In this document: in pieces, positions 1 to 8,872 of the stretch
Layout of the letters: each line of letters begins with the position of its first letter
Position numbering within the stretch: position 1 is the first letter of the stretch
NCBI GenBank assembly: GCA_964630855.1
Contig: CAZVXP010000021.1
Coordinates: 29,038 to 93,037 of the forward strand
DNA: 64,000 bases
Source: an uncultured Thermodesulfobacteriota bacterium
Lineage (GTDB): Bacteria; Desulfobacterota; Thermodesulfobacteria; Thermodesulfobacteriales; Thermodesulfatatoraceae
Direction of reading: 5' to 3'
The notes under the pieces: generated by a model
Told to the model about the DNA's origin: nothing
The model's input: the letters and a program-made list of their open reading frames with translations, nothing else
The model's database searches: none
Program-made: the position numbers and the translations under genes

Positions 1-16
1 AAAAACGGGAGGTGTT

Positions 17-415
17 ATGTCAACTCGACCTCTTCCTCCGGATCTTCCTGAACCGAGCAGTGTGGCCAGGGAAGTGGTCCTTTCTCTCGTTACTTGTGGC
101 CTTTGGGATATCATCTGGCAATACAAACAAATGAAAGTGGTCAATCTCCTTTTGGGTGAAGAGGAATTTTCCTTTGGAAAGTGGCTCGTGTTTACCATTC
201 TCACTTGCGGTCTCTATCACCTTTATCACGAATACCTGATGGGACGGGCCATCGTGAGAGTACAGCATCTTTATGGACTACCTCCTAGCGAGAGTCTGCC
301 GGCGATCTCTATTGTTATGGCCCTTATTTCTTTGGGGATTATTACCGATGCCATCCAACAAAAAGAGATCAATCTCATATTACAGGAACTACGACAAAGG
401 AGAGGCCGCTTTTGA
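17..415 (+). CDS. small integral membrane protein, DUF4234-like
   Basis: 132-aa ORF. Two hydrophobic segments each carry a TCGL(W/Y) motif (LVTCGLWDIIWQY, ILTCGLYHLYHEY), as I recall for DUF4234 proteins. Motif-level call only. Confidence 0.55.
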   Translation: MSTRPLPPDLPEPSSVAREVVLSLVTCGLWDIIWQYKQMKVVNLLLGEEEFSFGKWLVFTILTCGLYHLYHEYLMGRAIVRVQHLYGLPPSESLPAISIVMALISLGIITDAIQQKEINLILQELRQRRGRF

Positions 416-770
416 GCGTTTTCTCGCACGAATCCTGGTTTTACTGGCCCTGGCCCTTTCTGTGCTTTCTTGGGCTGGCTGGTTAAATTTAAAAGATCTT
501 AGACTTCCCTGGCTTTGTCCGATAAAGTCCCTTACAGGACATCCCTGTCCGGGATGTGGACTCACAGATGCCTCACGAGCCTTGCTTGAAGGCCATCTTG
601 TGGAGGCGGCCCGGTTAAATCCTAACGTTTATCTTCTCTTTTTTTGGCTTCTGATAGTGGCTTTTTTACCAGAAGAAAGACGCAGAAGATGGCAAAAAAG
701 TAAAGGTCGTCCTTGGTTTTATGGAATTTGGCTCTTGGGAGCTCTTATCTGGTGGGCCTTGAGATGGTGA
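348..770 (+). CDS. DUF2752-like membrane protein (CPxxxxTGxPCPGCGxT motif)
   Basis: The ORF frame is open from 273. The conserved core is LCPIKSLTGHPCPGCGLTDA, preceded by a TM helix and followed by two more. ATG 348 keeps the pre-motif TM helix and limits overlap with the upstream gene to 68 nt. The start is uncertain (273 and 462 are alternatives). Confidence 0.55.
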   Translation: MPSNKKRSISYYRNYDKGEAAFERFLARILVLLALALSVLSWAGWLNLKDLRLPWLCPIKSLTGHPCPGCGLTDASRALLEGHLVEAARLNPNVYLLFFWLLIVAFLPEERRRRWQKSKGRPWFYGIWLLGALIWWALRW

Positions 771-798
771 AAGAGGCGGGCAAACGCCCGCCTCTTTT
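771..798. terminator. bidirectional rho-independent terminator between convergent genes
   Basis: A perfect 10-bp GC-rich stem, aagaggcggg (771-780) / cccgcctctt (787-796), is flanked by A/T runs. It lies between the stop at 770 (+) and the acs stop at 801 (-). Confidence 0.65.
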
Positions 799-800
799 GG

Positions 801-2789
801 TTATTTCTTCATCAGTTCCTCGCGTCCTTTGATGAGCTCGTCGATGACCGAAGGATCCGCCAGGGTGGAAGTGTCTCCTAAGTCTTCGTATTGGCCGGTG
901 GCAATCTTCCGCAGGATGCGGCGCATGATCTTCCCGCTGCGGGTCTTGGGCAACCCTGAAACAAATTGCAGGAATTCCGGAGTAGCAATGGGGCCGATGA
1001 CTTGGCGCATATGCTGCTTGAGTTCCTTGCGAAGCTCTTCAGAGGGTTCATATCCTTCCTTTAAGATGACAAAGGCGTAGATGGTCTCACCTTTTACTTC
1101 GTGTGGAACTCCAATGACCGCGGCTTCTGCTACAGCTGGGTGAGCTACCAGGGCACTTTCAAGTTCCATGGTCCCCAGGCGGTGTCCGGAGACGTTGATA
1201 ACGTCGTCAAGACGCCCCATGATCCAGAAATAGCCGTCTTCATCTCGCCGTGCTCCATCTCCGGTGTAGTAGTAGCCAGGGAAGCGGCTGAAATAGACTT
1301 CTTTGAAACGCTTGGGATCTCCCCAGACTCCGCGGAGCATGCCAGGCCAGGCCCGTTTCATGCAGAGATGGCCACCTTCGTTAACTCCCGCCGGGGTACC
1401 ATCGTCTTTGAGGATGACCGGTTCTACTCCGGGAAGCGGAACGGTGGCAGAACCCGGCTTTTGCGGAATGGCGTAAGGTAGAGGAGAGATGAGAAAGCCT
1501 CCGGTTTCGGTCTGCCACCAGGTGTCCACGATGGGGCAACGGCTGCGACCTACGTGTTTGTGATACCAAAGCCAGGCTTCGGGATTGATGGGCTCACCAA
1601 CTGAGCCCAAAATCCGTAGTGAGGAGAGGTCAAACTTGTGAGGCCATTCGTCACCCTCCCGCATGAGGGCCCGGATGACCGTGGGGGCCGTATAGAAGAG
1701 GGTGACCTTGAACTTTTGGCAGAGCTCCCAGAAGCGACCAGGATGTGGATAGGTGGGCACCCCTTCATACATGATCTCCGTGGCTCCCAAGCTCAAAGGT
1801 CCGTAGACAATGTAGGAATGACCCGTGATCCAGCCAATGTCAGCGGTGCACCAGAAGATGTCATCGGGTTTGAGATCGAAGACCCATTGCAAGGTGTGAG
1901 CCACGTAGACCAGGTATCCTCCGGTGGTGTGGAACACGCCTTTGGGTTTGCCCGTGGAGCCGGAGGTGTAGAGAATAAAGAGGATGTCTTCGGCGTCCAT
2001 CTCCTCGCAATCACACCAGTCGGAGATGTCTTCGGCGTTGATGGCTTCGTGATACCAGATGTCACGTCCATCGACCCAGTTGATGTCAAGCCCCAGACGT
2101 CTGACCACTATACACTTCTCCACGGTGGGGCAGTGTTCCAGGGCGGCGTCGGCGTTTTTCTTGGCCTCGATCTTGCGCCCGGCACGCCAGTAGCCGTCAG
2201 CCGTAATGAGAAGTTTGGCTTCACAGTCCTGAATGCGGGTCTTGAGGCTTTCGGCAGAAAATCCACCAAAAACTACGGAATGAATGGCCCCGATCCGAGC
2301 ACAAGCGAGCATGACAACGGGAAGTTCCGGGATCATGGGAAGGTAAATGGCAACGCGATCTCCTTTTTTGATTCCCAATTTCTTGAGAACGTTGGCAAAG
2401 CGGCAGACCTCCCGATGAAGCATCTGGTAGGTATAGACCCGGACCTCTTCGTCCGGTTCGCCTTGCCAGATAATAGCGGCTTTGTTTTTGTTTTCGTCGT
2501 TCAAATGGCGGTCAAGGCAGTTGTAACAAGCGTTGAGCTTGCCTCCTTCAAACCACCTGATCTCCGGTTTTTCAAAGTCCCAGTAACAGGTGCGATCCCA
2601 GAGCTTGAACCAGGTGATTAGTTCCTTGGCACGTTCGCTCCAGAATCCATCGGGATCTTCCATGGAATACTTGTAGATTTGTTCATACTCAAACTTGGAA
2701 CCGATGTAGGCCTGATCACGCCCCTCCTGAGGAGGATAGAAGATCCGCTCTTCCTTCAGAACGCTTTCGATTTTGGTGGGTTCGGACAT
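801..2789 (-). CDS. acs: acetyl-CoA synthetase (AMP-forming)
   Basis: Full-length Acs-like sequence with [58 protein letters not shown] and [11 protein letters not shown] motifs. I chose the start at ATG 2789 (MSEPTKIE) because GGAGG lies 6-10 nt upstream. The 2852 start in the ORF track is an upstream extension. Confidence 0.95.
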   Translation of the reverse strand: MSEPTKIESVLKEERIFYPPQEGRDQAYIGSKFEYEQIYKYSMEDPDGFWSERAKELITWFKLWDRTCYWDFEKPEIRWFEGGKLNACYNCLDRHLNDENKNKAAIIWQGEPDEEVRVYTYQMLHREVCRFANVLKKLGIKKGDRVAIYLPMIPELPVVMLACARIGAIHSVVFGGFSAESLKTRIQDCEAKLLITADGYWRAGRKIEAKKNADAALEHCPTVEKCIVVRRLGLDINWVDGRDIWYHEAINAEDISDWCDCEEMDAEDILFILYTSGSTGKPKGVFHTTGGYLVYVAHTLQWVFDLKPDDIFWCTADIGWITGHSYIVYGPLSLGATEIMYEGVPTYPHPGRFWELCQKFKVTLFYTAPTVIRALMREGDEWPHKFDLSSLRILGSVGEPINPEAWLWYHKHVGRSRCPIVDTWWQTETGGFLISPLPYAIPQKPGSATVPLPGVEPVILKDDGTPAGVNEGGHLCMKRAWPGMLRGVWGDPKRFKEVYFSRFPGYYYTGDGARRDEDGYFWIMGRLDDVINVSGHRLGTMELESALVAHPAVAEAAVIGVPHEVKGETIYAFVILKEGYEPSEELRKELKQHMRQVIGPIATPEFLQFVSGLPKTRSGKIMRRILRKIATGQYEDLGDTSTLADPSVIDELIKGREELMKK

Positions 2790-2824
2790 AGCCAACCTCC
2801 TTGATAGATTTTTCGGGGGATGGT

Positions 2825-2852
2825 GTGAGAAAAAGATAAATAATTTTCTCAC
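2825..2852. promoter_or_regulatory. 9-bp perfect inverted repeat in the acs upstream region (candidate operator)
   Basis: gtgagaaaa (2825-2833) and ttttctcac (2844-2852) are separated by 10 nt and lie 36-63 nt upstream of the acs ATG. Confidence 0.25.
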
Positions 2853-2872
2853 TGATGGCTAGGTTATAAACA

Positions 2873-2901
2873 GTTACGGGGCGGATTGTCCGCCCCGTAA
2901 C
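2873..2901 (-). terminator. rho-independent terminator downstream of the porin gene
   Basis: A 12-bp perfect stem, gttacggggcgg / ccgccccgtaac, with a 5-nt loop lies 26 nt after the porin stop codon (2927) on the minus strand. Confidence 0.6.
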
Positions 2902-2926
2902 TTATCGAAACCTTCAAAAAATCTGA

Positions 2927-4225
2927 TTAGAAGAGATATTGCATGGAAATGGTGAACCGGTTCCCGGTATCAGTATAAGAGTGGCGCTCGGTCTCGATAT
3001 GGATGATTTCTGCACCGAACTTAAGGGGTTTCGAGAACTGATACCAAACGTTGGCAAAATACTGCGTGTTCTTGGTAAACTGGCGGTCACTCATGACATT
3101 AGCCGTTGGCATATCACTATTGTTGGGATTGTCGAAGCCAGCACCGATGGTAGCAGACCAGCGCGGTGCGAACTTCCAGGTAAGGTCAGCCCAGCCACCA
3201 TAAGCCTCGGCCGGAGAACCATCTGGAGCCCGGTCCAGTTTGTAGCGGAGGAAGCATTCCCCAATTCCTTTTCCATACCAAGCTTCACCTTTGAAGAGGA
3301 TACGCTTGTCAAGAAAGTGGAACTTCCATTCACCCACCACCAGGTAACGGTCGATGTCTCGGGAATCAGCCTCACCATAACTTGCGTGCCGATAACCCAC
3401 GCCCAGAGCTACCATGTTTCCATCGCCAAGGATGCCACCGGTATAAGCTACCCGGCCTAGGAGCCAGGGCATCCGGTCTTCCCGGGCGGTGCTGGTGCGC
3501 CGATGTTTCATCAGAGAGACCAAAAATTCAAAGTTGTCAAAAGCTTTCTGGCGCAGAGTAATCTGAGGAACTCGCCACCAGAGGTTCCCTGCGGCGGTAA
3601 GAATACCAAAGTCCACGGTGCTGGGGTTGAGCCGGGCTATAGGGATCCAGTCCTGACCAATCAGGAGGCTGGTTTTGGTACGCACGTTGGTCAAGTTGGC
3701 GTAGGAAAGCCTCATTCGGGGGATGAGGTTGTTGCCGTTGTTGTCTCCGTAAAAATCGATTTCAAAGCGGCCTTTGATCAGCCAGTCATCGCGTTTGTGT
3801 GCCGCCCAGAAACCAAAACGCGTGTCACGAGGGTTGAAATTGGTGGAATCGTTTTTGTAATCAGGATGCCCAGCCCGATTGGCCACGGCCCCTACGAAGT
3901 CATTGTATCTCACAAACTGGGCTGTATCGTAATTTGCATCAAACTTGATCTTTCCGTAAAGCAACCATTCGGTGTTTTTACCACTGAAGACCGGGTTCCC
4001 CTCTTTAGTCACCCATTTAGGCGCTACTCCTTGACTCTGAACTTGTTCGAGTTTTTTTTGCAGGGCCTCGATCTGGGCCTGCATTTGTTTTTGCATCTCC
4101 ATCATTTGGCGTTTGAGGGCCTCGATTTGGGCTTTAAGGGCTTCCGGATCTTCAGCACAAAGACCGGTCGAGGCCAGTAGGAAGAGACCCACCAACAAGA
4201 CCACCAAAAATCTACAGAATTTCAT
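2927..4225 (-). CDS. outer-membrane porin with N-terminal coiled coil (DcaP / OprO-P-like architecture)
   Basis: Signal peptide MKFCRFLVVLLVGLFLLASTGLCA, then a heptad coiled coil (EALKAQIEALKRQMMEMQKQMQAQIEALQKKLEQ). The rest has alternating beta-strand character rich in Y/G/N/D and a C-terminal ...SMQYLF. GGAGGTG sits upstream of the ATG. Confidence 0.7.
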   Translation of the reverse strand: MKFCRFLVVLLVGLFLLASTGLCAEDPEALKAQIEALKRQMMEMQKQMQAQIEALQKKLEQVQSQGVAPKWVTKEGNPVFSGKNTEWLLYGKIKFDANYDTAQFVRYNDFVGAVANRAGHPDYKNDSTNFNPRDTRFGFWAAHKRDDWLIKGRFEIDFYGDNNGNNLIPRMRLSYANLTNVRTKTSLLIGQDWIPIARLNPSTVDFGILTAAGNLWWRVPQITLRQKAFDNFEFLVSLMKHRRTSTAREDRMPWLLGRVAYTGGILGDGNMVALGVGYRHASYGEADSRDIDRYLVVGEWKFHFLDKRILFKGEAWYGKGIGECFLRYKLDRAPDGSPAEAYGGWADLTWKFAPRWSATIGAGFDNPNNSDMPTANVMSDRQFTKNTQYFANVWYQFSKPLKFGAEIIHIETERHSYTDTGNRFTISMQYLF

Positions 4226-4403
4226 AAAACACCTCCTTGTGCAGATTTAGCTCTTGATAAGTCCACAATATTTCTTCGGGCATAGCAGATCTTTTCAGAT
4301 CTGTGAAGTCCGGAGTTTTGGTCCTGATCGAAAAAAATCTTTCAATTTGTAGCTGAAATCTCAAGCAACCGAAAAAAATTGGAAGGGATTTTAAGGGGTA
4401 TCC

Positions 4404-6410
4404 ATGCGTTTACCTCGCCGCTGGCCTTTGGAATTGCGGATTATCTTTCCCTTTGGCTTTTTCTTGGGGATGGCCTTTTTTATCACCAATTATTTGACCC
4501 TTTCAGAGCTTAATACCTATCGGGAAGTTTTACTCAAAGAGGAACTTCAACTCGGTCGAGAAAATGTGCACTATTTTGAAGCTATTGCTCAGTATAATAT
4601 GCATTTAGCAGGTACTTTAGTCAAAAACCCTCGTTTTTTAGAATCTTTGATCTCTAATAAGGAACCAGAGGCTTTTCTTAATCGTCAGGCAATTCTTTTA
4701 AGTCGAGAAGCTCCGTTCCCTTATTTCGTATCTTTTAGGCAGTTAGAAAACTCGTCCGAGGCTTTTTGGCAACTTGAAAGACAAGGAGATGACTTATTTC
4801 TCTCTGGAGCAGCTCCCGTTATTTCTGGGGAGAAGTTGTTGGGTTTTTTGGTAGTTTCTTGCCGTCTAAAAGATGTTATCCATAGATTAGAACATATTGC
4901 ACATTTTCAAGCGGGTCTTCTCCTTCTAGATTCTGATAAAAGGCTTAAAATTCTCAAAGAAGTTCCGTTTCCCGTCGAAGAGAAGCTTCGGAAAAATCTT
5001 CAATATTTTTTACGTCAAAATCAAGCATTGAAAATAGGCCATCAGGTTGTTTTACTTTTCCCCTTACGCGATGCCAAAGGTGAAGTGATAGGTTTTTTTG
5101 TAAGGAGTACATTTTCTCCTTCTTTTTATTTTTCTCCTTATAATCTCCTCAAAAACAACATTTTTCCTACAGCGCTTCTTTTTGGTTTAGCTTTAATAGT
5201 CGCCATATTTTTTACGCGTCAATATCTTTGCGAACCACTGCGCAAATTTAATGATCAATTAAAAGAAATTTCTCGGGTTATAGGAAAGCGTTTGCGTCAA
5301 CCTGTAGAAGAATCTGTTCTAAAGGTAAGTGGTGATGATGAATTAGCTAATTTAGCTCGAACCATTAATGAACTCGTACGTGAACTTGACGAGCTAGCTT
5401 CATTTCGACAGGCTATTGAAACAGATGAAACTCCTCAGGAAATCTATAGTAGATTAGCTCGAGTAATTAAAAAGAAATTTGATTTTTCAAATTTTGTCAT
5501 TTTTGAAGTTTCTAATAGTCAAAATCGTATAGAACCTGTAATTGTTGAGCCATCTTGCCTTTTAGAAGAATGTTGTTATCAAGAAATAGAAGGCCGTCCG
5601 GCTCTTTGTCGAGTACTTCGGAGGGCCATTAAAGCTTCTTCTCTTCATTTTACAGAAACATGTGAATACTTTCGTGACCCTGATCTTAATTATTTATGTT
5701 TACCTCTTTATACTGGCGGTCATGTTATAGGTATTATTCATTTTCTTCTTCCTATAACTTTCCGTTTGGAAGAAAAATATCGTACAATTCTTAACCGAAT
5801 AGAGGCATATCTTCAGGAGGCAGCTCCTGTGCTGGAAGCTAAACGTTTTGCTCAAAGTTTGAGAGAAATTTCATTGCGAGACACTCTTACTGGTCTTTAT
5901 AATAGACGTATTTTGGATGATTTGGTTCCACAAATTGCAGCTGGTGTTGTTCGTAGAGATAGTATTATGGGCGTCTTGATGATAGATATCGATCATTTTA
6001 AGATAATTAATGATACATATGGTCATTCTTTTGGAGATCGTATTCTTAAATCTGTTGCTAGCATGGTGCAAGATGAGCTAAGATCTAGTGATTTAGCTAT
6101 CCGTTTTGGTGGAGAAGAGTTTCTTTGTCTTCTAGTCGATGTTGAAGAAGGTATAAGCTTTGCTATAGCTGAAAGAATTCGAGAGAAAATAGAAACAAAT
6201 TCTTTTGTCTTTGAAGGTCAGTTAGCAGCGGTAACAGTCTCTATTGGTGTAGCAGAATTTCCCCTTGACGACCGCAATCTTTGGAATGTCATCAGTTTTG
6301 CAGATCTAGCCCTTTACAGGGCTAAGCGGCAAGGTCGTAACCAATGCGTTCGTTTCGATCGGACGTTTTTGTTGGAAGAGAAGCCTAGAGTTTTAAATAG
6401 AAGACCTTGA
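4404..6410 (+). CDS. membrane sensor diguanylate cyclase (2 TM + periplasmic domain, HAMP, GAF-like, GGDEF)
   Basis: The C-terminal GGDEF domain has DIDHFKIINDTYGHSFGD, I-site RSSD, an active-site GGEEF (RFGGEEFLCLL) and ADLALYRAKRQGRN. The N-terminal half has two TM helices flanking about 230 aa. Confidence 0.9.
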   Translation: MRLPRRWPLELRIIFPFGFFLGMAFFITNYLTLSELNTYREVLLKEELQLGRENVHYFEAIAQYNMHLAGTLVKNPRFLESLISNKEPEAFLNRQAILLSREAPFPYFVSFRQLENSSEAFWQLERQGDDLFLSGAAPVISGEKLLGFLVVSCRLKDVIHRLEHIAHFQAGLLLLDSDKRLKILKEVPFPVEEKLRKNLQYFLRQNQALKIGHQVVLLFPLRDAKGEVIGFFVRSTFSPSFYFSPYNLLKNNIFPTALLFGLALIVAIFFTRQYLCEPLRKFNDQLKEISRVIGKRLRQPVEESVLKVSGDDELANLARTINELVRELDELASFRQAIETDETPQEIYSRLARVIKKKFDFSNFVIFEVSNSQNRIEPVIVEPSCLLEECCYQEIEGRPALCRVLRRAIKASSLHFTETCEYFRDPDLNYLCLPLYTGGHVIGIIHFLLPITFRLEEKYRTILNRIEAYLQEAAPVLEAKRFAQSLREISLRDTLTGLYNRRILDDLVPQIAAGVVRRDSIMGVLMIDIDHFKIINDTYGHSFGDRILKSVASMVQDELRSSDLAIRFGGEEFLCLLVDVEEGISFAIAERIREKIETNSFVFEGQLAAVTVSIGVAEFPLDDRNLWNVISFADLALYRAKRQGRNQCVRFDRTFLLEEKPRVLNRRP

Positions 6411-7803
6411 GAAAGAAACCTTTTTCGTCTTTTCCACACCCGAGAAGCCCGCGTAAAAAATTGATTTGCCAGTTTTCTTTCTTGCGATGGATCTGTAACA
6501 AAAAACCGATATCTACGAAATCTTCTTCATCTGTATGATCGTGTCGGTAAAGACCCCAAAACCATCGCGAGCGAGAAAAACCCCGTGGATCCTGGATGTA
6601 TTCGTACAGTCTTAGTAAGGGGGCATAGTTGCGATCAATTCCTTCAGAATGGAAGGGGATCAAGGCCGGAAAAAAGAAACACTCGAAGCCATCTGCTCGT
6701 CTGATCTTTTCTCCCAGAGGCCAGACCCGATGAGCCTCATAAGTGAGTTTTCCATTTTCGTCCCAGACCTTTTCAAATTTGGTGAGAAGATAAAATCGTC
6801 GTACTTCACGCCGGAAAAGACGTCCGTTGTGTTTGACTTCTTCGAGCTGATATTTGTAAAGCGGCCATAAAAAGAAATGAGAATAAGTATTTTTGCGTCT
6901 TTCATATCCTATGAGAGGCCAAAGTTTTCGTTCTCGGTGAGGGGTTTTCTGACTTTCGGCGTATCGAAAAAAGGGCCAAGGCAAATCAAGGGCTAAGGTT
7001 TCCTCTCTAAAGTTCCGGTAATAACGAAAAAAAGGCCACAGAAAGGTCCTGTGTTCGTGAACCGGACTGCGTTCGTTTATCCAGAAGGGGAAAAACATGT
7101 CCCGCGTAGTGGGGTTGGTGGCCAGATTGAATTCTTCGTGCCAGAAAAAGGGCCAAAGAAAAAAGCGTCGGTCAAAGACTCCTTTTTTGACCTTGTGTCC
7201 ATAGATAGGCCAGAATTTGCGTTCATAAAAAGTAGGGCCATCTGTGCGGTTGTAGATAGGCCAGAGCCAGGTACTCGAATGGTTTCCTTCCCAATATGAG
7301 GTCACTCGAAGAGGCCAGAGGGTGAAGCGGGTTTCTTCTTTTCCGTTCCAGTCAAGGAGGCGGCCAAAAAATGGGAAGATTCCCCAATATTTTTCTCCCT
7401 CTTCTGAACGCCCCCAAAACACTAATATAAAACTATGATGATCTTTTCTGGTTTCTTGTTGTGAGTTCTGCCCTAAAAAAGGGACCAAACGCGAGCGGCT
7501 GTACTCACCACATTCCTGATAGTGTCCCAATGGACTCAAATAATAGACATCCCGACATCCCTGGGGACGCTCGATAGTGGATAAAAAGGGTCTGATGGAA
7601 GATCCCGATTCCTCAGGACTTTCATAGCGATAAAAGAAAGGGCCCAAAAATTCCAGCTCGCGAACCCGATGGTCCGTAGAAGTTTGATAGAAAAACAAGG
7701 GCCAAAAATTGAGTCTGGTGCGGAAGCCTTCTTCTGCTTCACAAATCGAAAGAGAAAAAAGAAAGAGAATTGCTACTAAAATAACAATCCGTCCCAGTCC
7801 CAT
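6385..7803 (-). CDS. secreted repeat protein with about 18 (F/L)WP(L/F/I)-type repeats, function unknown
   Basis: The ORF is open to 7836 (TTG). ATG 7803 gives a classical signal peptide, MGLGRIVILVAILFLFSLSICEA. The body has at least 10 exact WP cores (FWPLFFY, LWPLRV, LWPIYN, FWPIYG, FLWPFFW, FLWPFFRY, PWPFFRY, LWPLIGY, LWPLYKY, VWPLGE) plus degenerate copies. It is the last gene of the mla operon. Confidence 0.7.
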   Translation of the reverse strand: MGLGRIVILVAILFLFSLSICEAEEGFRTRLNFWPLFFYQTSTDHRVRELEFLGPFFYRYESPEESGSSIRPFLSTIERPQGCRDVYYLSPLGHYQECGEYSRSRLVPFLGQNSQQETRKDHHSFILVFWGRSEEGEKYWGIFPFFGRLLDWNGKEETRFTLWPLRVTSYWEGNHSSTWLWPIYNRTDGPTFYERKFWPIYGHKVKKGVFDRRFFLWPFFWHEEFNLATNPTTRDMFFPFWINERSPVHEHRTFLWPFFRYYRNFREETLALDLPWPFFRYAESQKTPHRERKLWPLIGYERRKNTYSHFFLWPLYKYQLEEVKHNGRLFRREVRRFYLLTKFEKVWDENGKLTYEAHRVWPLGEKIRRADGFECFFFPALIPFHSEGIDRNYAPLLRLYEYIQDPRGFSRSRWFWGLYRHDHTDEEDFVDIGFLLQIHRKKENWQINFLRGLLGCGKDEKGFFLKVFYLKL

Positions 7804-7813
7804 AATCCATTTT

Positions 7814-8872
7814 CTATTGAAGGACCATCGTGCCAATGGTTCCCAGAATAGTTACAGGCATTTGTTCTTGGACCCCAGAGGCCGCTTGATTCACACTCTG
7901 GAGGGTCTTTTTGGCCTCGAAATAAAGGCTGTCATCGTTGATCAGCTTACCAAGAGTCCCTTCTCCTTTGTCAATTTTTTCTGAAATGCGACGCAAGGTA
8001 ACAATAGTTTGGTTTAGATTGTTGTATAAGCTTTCATCAGCTATGAGTTTGCCCAGCGTTCCTTCGCCTTTTTCTATTTTGGAAGCAATTTGATTTAAAG
8101 TTTCAGCAGCGCGGTCTATATGGATGATAGTTTGTTTAAGATCATAATACAATTCGTCATCATTGATTAAACGACCAAGTGTGCCTTCATTGCGATTTAA
8201 CTTTTCAGCTATTTGATTAAGATTTATGCTGAGCTTTTCTAACTGAGCATAAAGAGAATCATCCACCAATAATTTGCCCAATGTTCCTTCACCTTTTGTT
8301 AACATCTCTCCTACCTGTCGAAAAGACTTAGCTGCTTCACTAATGTTGTTTACCATAGCCTGTAAATTGTTCTTCCCTTCGGTAGTTCCAAGTAGATCTT
8401 TGAGACCAGCTGTGATGTCGCGCAGATCTTTTAAGGCCGGTCCCACTTCCGCCAGTATTTCATCAAGATCTACAGGGGATACCGTCTTGGCAATCATGCC
8501 ACCCGGGGGGAGACTTTCTGGACTTTTCCCTTGGCGAATCTCGATATATCGATCTCCAAGCACTCCTTTGGTTCTGACCATAGCTACAGCATCTTTAGCT
8601 ATTTTTACACCTTGGTAGATATTCATCTTCACACGGGCTTTGCCATCAGCTAAGGAAATATCTGCCACTCGTCCGATCTCCACGCCTGCCATTTCAACTC
8701 GTGCCCCCACTACCAGACCTGAAACGTCGTCAAATAGGGCTTCTATCGGATAGGTCTTTTTGGTGCTAATGGTTTCCTCGCCCAATTTGAGACTCAGATA
8801 AGTCAAAAAAGCCAGGGCAATAAGGACGAAAAGACCAACTTTTATTTCGATCCCGGTATCTGTCCTTTTCAT
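7814..8872 (-). CDS. mlaD: MCE-domain protein (MlaD family) with a long C-terminal helical repeat extension
   Basis: N-terminal TM anchor, then an MCE core (FDDVSGLVVGARVEMAGVEIGRV...LGDRYIEI). The C-terminal roughly 140 aa consists of EGTLG(K/R)LI repeats. Its ATG overlaps the mlaF stop (ATGA). Confidence 0.85.
   Translation of the reverse strand: MKRTDTGIEIKVGLFVLIALAFLTYLSLKLGEETISTKKTYPIEALFDDVSGLVVGARVEMAGVEIGRVADISLADGKARVKMNIYQGVKIAKDAVAMVRTKGVLGDRYIEIRQGKSPESLPPGGMIAKTVSPVDLDEILAEVGPALKDLRDITAGLKDLLGTTEGKNNLQAMVNNISEAAKSFRQVGEMLTKGEGTLGKLLVDDSLYAQLEKLSINLNQIAEKLNRNEGTLGRLINDDELYYDLKQTIIHIDRAAETLNQIASKIEKGEGTLGKLIADESLYNNLNQTIVTLRRISEKIDKGEGTLGKLINDDSLYFEAKKTLQSVNQAASGVQEQMPVTILGTIGTMVLQ
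7883..8296 (-). repeat. four tandem 34-41-aa coding repeats inside mlaD
   Basis: The repeat KGEGTLGKL(L/I)xDDSLYxxLxxxxxxLxxIxxKI has EGTLG at residues 195, 229, 269 and 304 of the protein. Confidence 0.7.

Noticed and set aside
1638-2621. 327-aa ORF on the plus strand inside acs
   Set aside because: It lies entirely antisense to a full-length, motif-rich acs gene. It has a low-complexity Gly/Val/Asp composition and no start signals, so it is a shadow ORF.
4290-4312. Short hairpin cagatc-ttttca-gatctg in the porin/cyclase divergent region
   Set aside because: The stem is only 6 bp and is built from two AGATCT palindromes. That is too weak to call a regulatory element.
7883-8296. Tandem repeats considered as a possible CRISPR-like or minisatellite array
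   Set aside because: The repeats are in frame within mlaD, are degenerate at the DNA level, and have no spacer/repeat regularity. They are protein-coding helical repeats.
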